From a bacterium (GTDB lineage: Bacteria; RBG-13-61-14; DATKZS01): 64,000 nt of DNA. Made by a program: the position numbers and the translations under genes. The notes beneath the pieces were generated by a model that saw only the letters and a program-made list of their open reading frames with translations, ran no database searches and was not told where the DNA came from. Location: contig CAXXFL010000006.1 in the NCBI GenBank assembly GCA_963674965.2, positions 192,001 to 256,000 on the forward strand. Reading direction: 5' to 3'. This document shows, piece by piece, positions 19,755 to 28,767 of this stretch (position 1 is the first letter of the stretch; every line of letters starts with the position of its first letter).

Positions 19755-19783
19755 TTGACTCGCCCGGCCCAATTATGTAACGT
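19755..19783 (+). promoter_or_regulatory. Putative sigma70 promoter upstream of the SDR gene
   Basis: TTGACT-N17-TAACGT. Confidence 0.5.
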
Positions 19784-19866
19784 TTGTTAAATTCACGCGG
19801 CATTGAAGGCCGAAAAAGATACATGAGTGTATAAGCTACTGGGACTCGGACGGCTTTAATAAGGAG

Positions 19867-20712
19867 ATGGACAAGGTGAATAGCGGTATGGATAAATATA
19901 AAGGCAAGGTCGCCATCGTGACCGGCGCCGGCTCGGGCATAGGCAGGGCCCTGGCCGAGGAGTTGTCGCGGCGGGGAACGGCGGTGGCCGTGTCGGACGT
20001 GAACCCGGACCGGCTCGAGTCCACGAGAAGCGGCATCGCGGCGTCGGGCGGATCGGTCCGGGCCTTCGCTTTGGACGTGTCGGATTACGAGGCGGTGAGG
20101 AAGATGGTCGGCGACGTGATCGGGGAGCACGGCCGCCTGGATTACATCTTCAACAACGCGGGCATAGCGGTGGGCGGCGAGGCGCGGGACGTGGATATAG
20201 AGGATTGGCGGGCGGTGCTGGGCGTAAACCTCTACGGCGTGGTCAACGGCGTGGCCTCGGCATATCCTTTCATGGCCAAACAGGGATGGGGGCACGTGGT
20301 GAACACGGCCTCCATCGAGGGGCTCATACCCTTCCCCATGACCGCCTCATACGTGGCCAGCAAGTACGCGGTGGTCGGCCTGTCCAACGCCCTCCACGTC
20401 GAGGGCGCCGACCTGGGAGTAAAGGTACACGCCGTGTGTCCCGGCTACATCAAGACCAACATCTTCGAGGACTCGAAGTTAATCAAGGTGGACAGGGAAA
20501 AATTCATCAAGTCCCTGGCCGACTGGGCGGGCATAACACCCGAGGAATGCGCGAGGCGTATTTTAAAGGGGGTCGAGAAAAACAAGGCCATCATTCCCAT
20601 CACCGCCTTCTCCTGGATCATGTGGTATCTGCATCGACTCAGCCCGGGCGCCATTCTATGGCTGATGAAAAAACTGATCTGGAGCGCGAGAAAAGACGGG
20701 ACGGTGGGATAG
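19867..20712 (+). CDS. Short-chain dehydrogenase/reductase (SDR)
   Basis: TGAGSGIG, NNAG, YVASK; start may be 19888. Confidence 0.93.
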   Translation: MDKVNSGMDKYKGKVAIVTGAGSGIGRALAEELSRRGTAVAVSDVNPDRLESTRSGIAASGGSVRAFALDVSDYEAVRKMVGDVIGEHGRLDYIFNNAGIAVGGEARDVDIEDWRAVLGVNLYGVVNGVASAYPFMAKQGWGHVVNTASIEGLIPFPMTASYVASKYAVVGLSNALHVEGADLGVKVHAVCPGYIKTNIFEDSKLIKVDREKFIKSLADWAGITPEECARRILKGVEKNKAIIPITAFSWIMWYLHRLSPGAILWLMKKLIWSARKDGTVG

Positions 20713-20823
20713 GAACGACCGATCGTTTTTGGCCGCCCACGGCGTTCATGCGCGGGCGGCGTAGCCGCGGGCAGAACGGAGAAGTGCTTCATTTGGGATG
20801 TATGAGAAATTTAAGAGGATGAA

Positions 20824-21528
20824 ATGCCAAATAGGAATAGAGAGGAAGAGAAAAAAAGTATCTCCGCTCTTGAGCGTTGGTTGCAAGAACATGGTTGCGA
20901 TGTGAAGGTAAAGTCTGAACCTAATGATCCTCCTGATTTTTGGATTGAAATAGATGGCGAGACGTTCGCGGCCGAAGTTACTCAAATCAAAAGGGAAAAT
21001 GTGCCAAAAGCCTATGATTGGTATTGCAAGCTACTAAAAGATTTGAAAGGGAAAGCTTCAAGCCTGCCTGGTTATTACTCATTGGACGTAGCAGGCGAGC
21101 CAGAAATACCAAAACCCGGGAGCCAGGAGAGGAAACAAATAATCGCAAATGCGTTACAATATATAGATTATACGAAAAACATGAACTCCTATGATTCTGA
21201 GCCTCTTTGGGGAAGTGGCGGTCCAGGTATTTTAATTACAAAAAGATCATCTTCTCCATCAGGGATATTTCTAAACCACTATCGAGCGGAAAGAAAAACA
21301 CGGACTCAGGAAGAAATGCAGAACCTATTACAGGAAAGAGTCGATAATAAAAAAGCAAAAATGGAAAAGGTCGATTGTTCAAAGAAGATACTCCTTCTTT
21401 ACAACTCGGATGGTTTCTGCACTTACAACATTGCGCGAGAGGTGTTTCATAAAATAAATGGGTACGATTGTTTCCACTCAATTTTTTGGATCGGCCAAAG
21501 TGGAGAATGTCGCAGGCTTGCTTATTAA
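20824..21528 (+). CDS. AT-rich hypothetical protein, possible PD-(D/E)xK nuclease-like fold
   Basis: 234-aa ORF with GAGGA RBS, markedly lower GC than neighbours; PPDF-x10-AEVT motif. Confidence 0.65.
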   Translation: MPNRNREEEKKSISALERWLQEHGCDVKVKSEPNDPPDFWIEIDGETFAAEVTQIKRENVPKAYDWYCKLLKDLKGKASSLPGYYSLDVAGEPEIPKPGSQERKQIIANALQYIDYTKNMNSYDSEPLWGSGGPGILITKRSSSPSGIFLNHYRAERKTRTQEEMQNLLQERVDNKKAKMEKVDCSKKILLLYNSDGFCTYNIAREVFHKINGYDCFHSIFWIGQSGECRRLAY

Positions 21529-21716
21529 TCTGCAACCCAGCCAATATGCAAACGAATCTTCCCGCCCATCGGGCGGACATATCGCGGCCCTGACCCCGGG
21601 CCGTGATATCCTGGCCCCGTAGGGCGATGTGATTCATCATGCGATTTTTTCTATTTTTTCCTTTCCATCAACAGGTCGCTGAACATGGTAACGCAGACGT
21701 ATAAGATACCCGCTGA

Positions 21717-21774
21717 CGTCCCCACGGGACTTAACGACGGATGACCCGTCCGTTTTTCGTAAGAAACCGGGCGG
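21717..21774 (-). repeat. Dispersed intergenic repeat, copy A (ends in a GTCCC-N3-GGGAC hairpin)
   Basis: Reverse complement matches 46878-46933 at 51 of 58 aligned positions by hand alignment. Confidence 0.8.
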
Positions 21775-21805
21775 CTTGGGCGACTATATCAGGATTGGAA
21801 CGCTC

Positions 21806-22714
21806 TTAAAAGTCGCGGGCCAGCTTGAAGTGGGCGAAGATTTTCTTGACGCTCTCGCGCTCTTCCTTGCTCATCCACTCCTCGCGGGAGTATTTTACGT
21901 CCTTGTCCATGGCCCGGGCCTTGGAGACCCAGAGGGGGTTGTAGGGGAGGAGCCCGATCTCGCCCACGCCCAGTTCCTTGAGACGGGAGGCGATGGCGAT
22001 GAGGTTCCCGGGGGTGGCGGTGACGCCGGGGATGAGGGGGGTCCTGATGAGGACGGGCGGCGTATCGAGGGCGGCCAGCCGGGCGATGTTTTCCTGGATT
22101 CTTCTCGAGTCCAGGCCGGCGTATTTTTTATGGTCCTCCGGGTCCACTATCTTCATGTCCACGAATATCCGGTCGAGATGAGGCAGGAGATTGTTTTTGA
22201 AGCGGTCCCACTCGAACATGCCCGAGGTCTCGAGCAGGACGCGAATCCCCCTGCCCTTCAACTCGCGGGCCAGCTCGGCGACGTAGTCCATGAACATGGT
22301 CGGCTCTCCGCCCGAGAGGGTGACGCCGCCGCCGGAGTTGTCGTAAAAGGCCTTGTCCCTGGCCAGGAGGTCGGCCAGCTCGAGTACCTCGTATCTTTTG
22401 CCCACCATGGAGAGGGCGCCGGAGGGGCACTCGTCCACGCACTTGCCGCAGAGGTCGCATTTTTCGCGGTCGAGTTTCGCCGGACCGTCCGGTCCGATGG
22501 CATTTTTAGGGCAGACCTTGGCGCATTCTCCGCACCCGATGCAGGTCTCGGCCTTGTACATGATCTCGGGGTCCGGGTCGATGCACTCGGGGTTATGGCA
22601 CCAGACGCAGCTAAGTGGGCATCCCTTGAAGAAGACCACCGACCTCACGCCTGGCCCGTCGTCGAGGCTGTTCCTTTTTATCTCCGCCACCAGGGGATAC
22701 TTCACGGCGCCCAT
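21806..22714 (-). CDS. Glycyl-radical enzyme activating enzyme (radical SAM with ferredoxin-like insert)
   Basis: DDGPGVRSVVFFKGCPLSCVWCHNPE; CIGCGECAKVCP and CDLCGKCVDECP; GGVTLSGGEP. Confidence 0.95.
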   Translation of the reverse strand: MGAVKYPLVAEIKRNSLDDGPGVRSVVFFKGCPLSCVWCHNPECIDPDPEIMYKAETCIGCGECAKVCPKNAIGPDGPAKLDREKCDLCGKCVDECPSGALSMVGKRYEVLELADLLARDKAFYDNSGGGVTLSGGEPTMFMDYVAELARELKGRGIRVLLETSGMFEWDRFKNNLLPHLDRIFVDMKIVDPEDHKKYAGLDSRRIQENIARLAALDTPPVLIRTPLIPGVTATPGNLIAIASRLKELGVGEIGLLPYNPLWVSKARAMDKDVKYSREEWMSKEERESVKKIFAHFKLARDF

Positions 22715-22720
22715 CCTCGC

Positions 22721-25666
22721 TCACTTCTTCAGGGCGTGCTCGGCCCTCTCGATCAGCTCGAGCTGGAGGTCCCGGTTAAGCTCGATGAAATAGGCGTTAT
22801 AGCCGGAGATGCGGACCATGAGGTTTCTGTGCATCTCGGGATGCTCCATGGCCTCCTTCAAGGTCTCCGTGCTCATCACGTTGAACTGCATCTGCATGCC
22901 GCCCGTCTCGACGTAGGTCTTGGCGTAGGCGGTCATTATATCCAGCGACTCCTCGGGCGCGTCGTTCGGGTCTGGCACCACCTTGACGTTGAAGGCGATG
23001 TTGTTGGGCATCTTGAGGGGATCGAGCCCGGCCACGGTCTGGATGTTTTGGAGGAGCGTGTCCCTGGCCCCCGGCGCGGGGGTGATGCCGGGGGTAAAAG
23101 GCTTGTATCTTCTCCTTCCGCTGGGCAGGGCACCTGATAAAATGCCGAAGGCCACGTGGTTGGACATGGACCAGTAGCCGGTGGTGTATTTTCCGCCCCG
23201 GTAATGGGGGAAGGACTGGTACAGGTCGTAGAGCCAGTCGATCATCTCCTGGGCCAGGCGGTTGCATTCCTCGTCTCCCGAGCCGAACTTGGGGACCCGG
23301 TTCTGGACGCGGGCGTGCAGTTTCTCGTGTCCCTCGAAGTCATTGGACAGGGCCTCGAGCAAAGTCCCGAAATCGACGCGCTTCTCGTCGTAGACCAGCT
23401 TCTTGACGGCCATGAGGGAGTCGATCACGTCGGCCAGGCCGATCAGGGCCACGCCCGAGGTGTTATACCTGGCGCCTCCGTCCACCACGTCCTTGCCCTT
23501 TTCCAGGCAGCCGTCGATGAGGGAGGAGAGGAAGGGAGTGGGCCGCACGTAGCGGTGGGTCTCTCCGAAAAGGTTGTTGCACTCGACCGACTGTCCGGCC
23601 AGGAACTTAAGTTGGGTCTTGTAGGCCTCGAGGAACTCCTCGAAGGTCCCGAAGTTTCTCGGGTCTCCGGTTCGCGGCCCGACGTACTCTCCGCACAGGG
23701 GATGGAACCCGTCGTAAAAGGCCATCTCGAGGGGGGCCACCAGGCTGAACATCATGCAGTTGGTATGTCCGAAGTGACGTCCCGAGCTGGTGGGCTCGAC
23801 GCAGCCGGTGGCGCTCCAGTCCCTGGCGTCCTCCACGGCGAAGCCCTGGTTGGCCACGGCGGCTATGACCGCCTCGTCGTTGTGGATGGAGGGGGTCGAG
23901 CCGGTGAGCATGTTGACCTCGCAGAGGCGGCGGAGGTAATCCTCGGAGTTGGCCGACGGGTGGTACCTGGCGTTCAGGTTCGGGTCCCTCAGCCGGAGCA
24001 TCTCCGCCACCTTGAGGATGATATAGGTCATGTCGCACACGCCGTTGCCGCCGTCCTCCAGCACTCCCCCCAGGGTGATGGCCTGGTCCGAGCTAGAGCC
24101 GCCGAAGAGCTTGTTGCCCAGGTCCGCCACCTGGGGAAGGTGGTCGGTGCAGCGCAGGAAGAAGCAGCCCAGAAGCTCGACCGCCCTTTTGATCATGGCG
24201 TCCCCGGCCTCCTGGTCGGCGCATTTTTTCATGTCCGCCTCGAGGTAGGGCTGGAGCCACTTATCGACGCGGCCGATGCTGAGGCCCGCGTTGGTGTTTT
24301 CCATGTGGAGGGCGACCCAGGTGATCCACATCGAGTTCACGGCCTCCTCGAGGGTCTCGGCCGGACCGGCGGGGACCTTGGCCAGGACGGCGGCCAGGTT
24401 GTCGAGTTCGGCCTTGCGGGCCGGGTCCTTGCATTCTTTGGCCTGGAGGGCGGCCTGGGCCTGAAGACCCCGGCCATAGGCCATGACGCCCTCCAGGCAA
24501 AGACGCGCCGAGCGGTAGAAGGTCCTGGCCCCCTCGTCGGAGGTAGCGCTCTCGAGCTCGGACGCCTCGTCGGCTATGGCCGACAGTCCCTTGCCAAGCA
24601 CGCTGGGAAAATCGGCAATGGTGTGGGACAGGGAGTGGGCCTTCCACTGGAAGTAAAGCACGAAGCGCTCGTCCAGCCTCATGCAGGTGGGGTTGTCCGC
24701 TTTTTTCCTGGCCACCTCCCTCATGTTGCGCTTTTCCCAATAGGGGAATATCTCGCTCAGGACGCGCCTGTCCTCCTCGGATATCCGGTACGGGTTCAGC
24801 TTCCGGGACTGCATGGTGTAAAGCTCGGGCCAGATAAAGACACCGCCCAGGTCGGGGTAGACCACCACGCCCACGTCCTTGTCCGTGGTCGTGCCCGCGA
24901 TGAGGTCGTTCTCGCGGATGATGGGCCGGCGGTTCTCCATCAGGTACTTGTAGGACTCGGCCTGGCGCAGGCGCGGATCGCGGGGTTTTTTGTCGGCGTC
25001 CTCCTCGTAGCCGTGCTCTCGGAAATACTCCGTCACCAGGCGGGCCCGCTCGGTGGACATCTCGGGCCTGGTACTGAAGAAGTCCTTTAAAAATTCCTGG
25101 AGGCGCGGAAAGTCCTCGATGGTCCAGTCCGAAAAGGCCGGGTCGTCCAGGAACTTGACCTCATCGCATCTCTTCATGCGCTGGGACCTGACGGGGGGCG
25201 CTATCTCGGCGTTATAGAGCACGTCGTGGCGCGGGTCGCTTTTGCGTCCGTTCTGGTTAAGGAGCCTTCCCATCAGGTAGGAAAAGCGGGCCACCGTGGC
25301 CAGGTTGCCGTCGAACACCAACTCGTTGCGCAGAAGCATCTCCATGGATTCCTCCGGCGAGCTGAGGAGCATCTTTTTCAGACAAGCCAGGTCCTTGAGG
25401 ATGAAGGTCACGTCCGGCTTATCCACCGGACCCTTGCCGGACCGGGCCTTGCCTTTCTCGACGACCAGGTGACGGCAGAAATCTCCGTCCCGAGTCTTGA
25501 AGACTATCCTCGAGTTCCACGGCTCGGTCCCCTTGCCCGTGTCCTGGTAAACGTTACGCTTGCGGAACTCCGAGTCCAGGGCCGCCCTTACGCCGATGCT
25601 CTTGAGCACGGCCGCCATCAATACGGGCGCCATCTTGTCCGAGGTCTTTTCCAGAAAGGATTTCAT
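22721..25666 (-). CDS. Glycyl-radical enzyme (PFL-like superfamily) with an N-terminal SCP2-like extension
   Basis: ATG at 25666 with AAGGAG RBS; Cys loop WSATGCVEP; Gly loop LMVRISGYNAYF; QFNV; about 130-aa N-terminal domain with SCP2-like pattern (PDVTFIL...LLRNELVFDGNL). Confidence 0.92.
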   Translation of the reverse strand: MKSFLEKTSDKMAPVLMAAVLKSIGVRAALDSEFRKRNVYQDTGKGTEPWNSRIVFKTRDGDFCRHLVVEKGKARSGKGPVDKPDVTFILKDLACLKKMLLSSPEESMEMLLRNELVFDGNLATVARFSYLMGRLLNQNGRKSDPRHDVLYNAEIAPPVRSQRMKRCDEVKFLDDPAFSDWTIEDFPRLQEFLKDFFSTRPEMSTERARLVTEYFREHGYEEDADKKPRDPRLRQAESYKYLMENRRPIIRENDLIAGTTTDKDVGVVVYPDLGGVFIWPELYTMQSRKLNPYRISEEDRRVLSEIFPYWEKRNMREVARKKADNPTCMRLDERFVLYFQWKAHSLSHTIADFPSVLGKGLSAIADEASELESATSDEGARTFYRSARLCLEGVMAYGRGLQAQAALQAKECKDPARKAELDNLAAVLAKVPAGPAETLEEAVNSMWITWVALHMENTNAGLSIGRVDKWLQPYLEADMKKCADQEAGDAMIKRAVELLGCFFLRCTDHLPQVADLGNKLFGGSSSDQAITLGGVLEDGGNGVCDMTYIILKVAEMLRLRDPNLNARYHPSANSEDYLRRLCEVNMLTGSTPSIHNDEAVIAAVANQGFAVEDARDWSATGCVEPTSSGRHFGHTNCMMFSLVAPLEMAFYDGFHPLCGEYVGPRTGDPRNFGTFEEFLEAYKTQLKFLAGQSVECNNLFGETHRYVRPTPFLSSLIDGCLEKGKDVVDGGARYNTSGVALIGLADVIDSLMAVKKLVYDEKRVDFGTLLEALSNDFEGHEKLHARVQNRVPKFGSGDEECNRLAQEMIDWLYDLYQSFPHYRGGKYTTGYWSMSNHVAFGILSGALPSGRRRYKPFTPGITPAPGARDTLLQNIQTVAGLDPLKMPNNIAFNVKVVPDPNDAPEESLDIMTAYAKTYVETGGMQMQFNVMSTETLKEAMEHPEMHRNLMVRISGYNAYFIELNRDLQLELIERAEHALKK

Positions 25667-25717
25667 TTTCCGCTCCTTTTCGCGCGGGTCGTTTTTCAAG
25701 CGGCCAAAGCCGACGCG

Positions 25718-26392
25718 TCACCGATTGGCCGAGGCCATGGTATCGGACGTTGCCGATCCCCCGGTCAGGACCAGGCGATAGGCCAGGTCGATAACGTCTT
25801 CCACGGTCTTCTCGGGGTCATCGTCCACCTGGGCGAGAAGGCCGTTGTTAAAAAGCGAGACGATCCCGTGAAGCTGGCTCCATAAAGCGAACTGGGCCGT
25901 TTTGGGATTTATGGACTCCCCGTAGCCAGCGTCGATGAATTCCTTGACGCACTTGCCGGCTATCTCGAGGTTCTTCACGGAGCTCTCGAGTTCCTCCCTG
26001 GCCGCTTCCTCGAGGGCGGTCCCAATATAATCGGTATACTTGGGGCCGGAGGCGTCGAACATGATCTCGTAGTAGCGTGGCTTGGTGATCCCGAACAGGA
26101 CGTAGGCCTTCATCATGATGCGCGCTTTCTCGGGCAGGTCCTTGCCTTTTTCATAAGCCGCCTCGAGTTCATCGTAGAGCATGCGGCCGGCTCGTTTCCT
26201 AATGGCTATATTTATCTCGTCCTTGTTTTTAAAGTAATGGTAGAGGTTGGCCGCCGTCATGCCCATCTTGTTTCCGATCTTCCGCATGGACATGCTCTGA
26301 TAGCCTTGCTCCAATACAATGAGGGCGGCCACGTCCAGGATATCCTGTTTCATCCTGGCTATTTCCAATTCATCCATAGGGGCCTTGGGCAT
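25718..26392 (-). CDS. TetR/AcrR-family transcriptional regulator
   Basis: ILDVAALIVLEQGYQSMSMRKIG...AANLYHYFKNKDEI HTH; WSQLHG (WHG-type) C-domain. Confidence 0.93.
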   Translation of the reverse strand: MPKAPMDELEIARMKQDILDVAALIVLEQGYQSMSMRKIGNKMGMTAANLYHYFKNKDEINIAIRKRAGRMLYDELEAAYEKGKDLPEKARIMMKAYVLFGITKPRYYEIMFDASGPKYTDYIGTALEEAAREELESSVKNLEIAGKCVKEFIDAGYGESINPKTAQFALWSQLHGIVSLFNNGLLAQVDDDPEKTVEDVIDLAYRLVLTGGSATSDTMASANR

Positions 26393-26422
26393 TTTTGTTT
26401 CCTTCTGGAGTGACGTCCATTG

Positions 26423-26451
26423 TTTAACATCGTTTACTGAACCATGTTAAA
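26423..26451. promoter_or_regulatory. Putative TetR operator pair
   Basis: Inverted repeat TTTAACAT-N13-ATGTTAAA, also readable as tandem quasi-palindromes TTAACATCGTTTA and TGAACCATGTTAA, 30-60 nt upstream of the tetR start; a TTGACT -35 lies at 26474-26479 (minus). Confidence 0.6.
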
Positions 26452-26594
26452 TAAATAGCACGCCAGGATAAATAGTCAAGGAAAAAATTGAGACGCGGCA
26501 AAAACAAGACTATGCATTCAAAAGAAAGTCTCAGAAAATGAGGGCACAATTACTATTTTATCAGATTTTCAACCGCTATTTGAGAATGAGAAAC

Positions 26595-27083
26595 TTAACT
26601 CATTTTCTTTCCCGGGGGCCAGTCGTAGGGAATATCGAGGGTTACGTGGATGAATCTGTCCCAGTCGCTTTTCCGGACGTAGTCGGGCTGGGGGAATCCC
26701 TTGAATATTTTTACGAGGATGGGCTTTACTTCCTCGAACTTTTCTCCCTTAAGTTCCACCTTGCCTTTGTATCCGGCTATGCCCTGGATGTAGGGACAAG
26801 AGGGGGGGAAGAGTTCCTTGCGGATGGACTCGACCGATATCTTGTGGCACCAGCCGGTCATTTCCCGGACCTGGTATACCCCGCAGACGGCCTCTCCGTT
26901 TTCCTTGTAGGACAGGTATTTGCAGGGCAGGTCGCGAAGCAGGACCATGTCTTCCTTGATTTTTATGGCCGCGTGGCAGCATACGCCGCACCTTTGGCAA
27001 ACGCTCTCGTCGCCAAAGCGGGCCTTGATCTCCGGCGTGACGCCGGTGGCGTACTCGAGGATGCTTTTAACGATTTTAGACAT
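26595..27083 (-). CDS. Cysteine-cluster protein (YkgJ/CxxCxxCC-like)
   Basis: CQRCGVCC, PCKYL, CGVYQVR, CPY; start taken at MSKIVK. Confidence 0.75.
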   Translation of the reverse strand: MSKIVKSILEYATGVTPEIKARFGDESVCQRCGVCCHAAIKIKEDMVLLRDLPCKYLSYKENGEAVCGVYQVREMTGWCHKISVESIRKELFPPSCPYIQGIAGYKGKVELKGEKFEEVKPILVKIFKGFPQPDYVRKSDWDRFIHVTLDIPYDWPPGKKMS

Positions 27084-27243
27084 GGCCCTCGCCCCCAAAA
27101 GGGGAGTTTGCCCGCCTTTTCCTTGGTTTCCAGTTACCGATTCGCTCATTTTTTAAAATTATAGACCCCTATCGCGGAATTGCCCCGTCCTATGCGAACG
27201 GGGCAGGTCCAGGCCCAGGTCAATATATTTGTATCCAGCGGTT

Positions 27244-27642
27244 TTAACTGGATTTTTTAACAAGGTCCTCCCAGAAGGAAAGGGTCTTCTTTCTCCTGTC
27301 CTTGCTGTCCACCAGGTCTCTTATCATCTCCTGCAGAGTGGATTTCTCCTTGGCCGCCAGCTTGCCCACGTTGCCCAGGTAGGCTATCGAGGCCTGGACC
27401 AGTTCGTCGTCGGCGCTGGCTTTGCCACCGCCTTCCTCGCCGGACGAGGCCTTGCCGGTTAAAAGCCAATCCAGGCTGACGCTGGTCTTACGGGCTATCT
27501 TGATAAGGGTTTCCCTGTCGGGCTGACGTCCGTTTAAGTACCGGCTGATCGAGGCCTGAGTGGTTCCAAGCCGCTCGGCGAACTGGGCCTGGGTTTCAGA
27601 CGGCAAACGTAAAGACTTAATACGGTCGGCAAGCGTTTTCAT
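27244..27642 (-). CDS. XRE-family HTH transcriptional regulator
   Basis: TQAQFAERLGTTQASISRYLNGRQP...VSLDWLLTG. Confidence 0.92.
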   Translation of the reverse strand: MKTLADRIKSLRLPSETQAQFAERLGTTQASISRYLNGRQPDRETLIKIARKTSVSLDWLLTGKASSGEEGGGKASADDELVQASIAYLGNVGKLAAKEKSTLQEMIRDLVDSKDRRKKTLSFWEDLVKKSS

Positions 27643-27786
27643 TTTTACTTCTATCTCCTTTTACATTACTAAAAATATCATTTAGCCTTCACCACGCGTT
27701 TCAGCGTGGCATAAATATTCTATGGGCTACTTGAAAGGAATGATGCCAGAATGTTTGGGGCCTAAACTTTCCCTTTTCCTTATTGT

Positions 27787-27815
27787 ATTTTACTAGCCGC
27801 AGGGCCGCGTGTCAA
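27787..27815 (-). promoter_or_regulatory. Near-consensus sigma70 promoter for the XRE gene
   Basis: TTGACA-N17-TAAAAT on the minus strand, about 140 nt upstream of the start codon. Confidence 0.7.
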
Positions 27816-28130
27816 GAAAGGGGCCGGCAAAGCGTTATTTTGCCCCGAGAGAGACCATATAATTTTATTCTTTATTTTCAGCATGTTAAATAATTCAAAT
27901 CCAGCGGGCGCGATGGCCTGAAAATTTTCCACAACGGAATCGGCGTGGCCCCATCCGGTTCTGGATCATTCTAATTGCCTGGAATATTTAATCATTTCAA
28001 GGCGATCCTGACGGAGAAGGAAAAAATCGTACCCACTCGTCATTTTTCTCCATAGGCTACCGGGCGTTTTTTTACGAACGCCTGAAAAGAAAAGGAAATC
28101 ACGGATGGGATTGAATCGAGCAGACCCGAG

Positions 28131-28159
28131 TTGACGACTCCCCGCCGGCGCGGTACTTT
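28131..28159 (+). promoter_or_regulatory. Putative sigma70 promoter
   Basis: TTGACG-N17-TACTTT, 35 nt upstream of the ATG at 28194. Confidence 0.5.
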
Positions 28160-28193
28160 AAATAATCGGCGATTTTAAAAAATGGAGGAATAA

Positions 28194-28751
28194 ATGGGAA
28201 AGAGGAAACTTGAGGACCTGGCCGCCCTTTCCAATCGCGAATTGGAGGACGTCTACGATAAGGGCAAAACTCCGGACCCGGAGAAACTGGTGGGCTGGGA
28301 GTTCAGGGGGTATAACGTCCCCTTCGCGGCCAAGCTGTTGGGGATCAAGAAATTCATGAAGGGCTTTTACAAGGTGGGAGAAGAGCATTGGGGCTACAAT
28401 ATTCCCATCTATCAGAACGGCCTTGACGAGCCCTGGCGCAGCCAGCCGGTGGACCATAACCCCAAGCGGTTCGGTTATTACTCGGTAAGGCCCGTGACTC
28501 CCGGAATGAAGGAAAACAAGGAACCAGGTTCCCTGATACTCAATTACGCCGACGGCAAGAACCTTCCCTGGGAGGGGTCCATGCTTCGGGACTATATCAA
28601 ACAAGTGGACCCGGACAATGACGACCTATACCTGGGCAAGGCCTATTTCGCCGTGGGCCCCGCCCGCGTGGCGCCGGCGTTCTTCATTATCGAGCGGGCC
28701 AGGAAGACCGAGACCCAGGTGGCGCATAAGCCGAAGCGCGCCGCGGGTTGA
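28194..28751 (+). CDS. Hypothetical protein
   Basis: 185-aa ORF with GGAGG RBS and native-like codon usage; no family recognised. Confidence 0.75.
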   Translation: MGKRKLEDLAALSNRELEDVYDKGKTPDPEKLVGWEFRGYNVPFAAKLLGIKKFMKGFYKVGEEHWGYNIPIYQNGLDEPWRSQPVDHNPKRFGYYSVRPVTPGMKENKEPGSLILNYADGKNLPWEGSMLRDYIKQVDPDNDDLYLGKAYFAVGPARVAPAFFIIERARKTETQVAHKPKRAAG

Positions 28752-28767
28752 GTTCCGTCAGGAAAGA

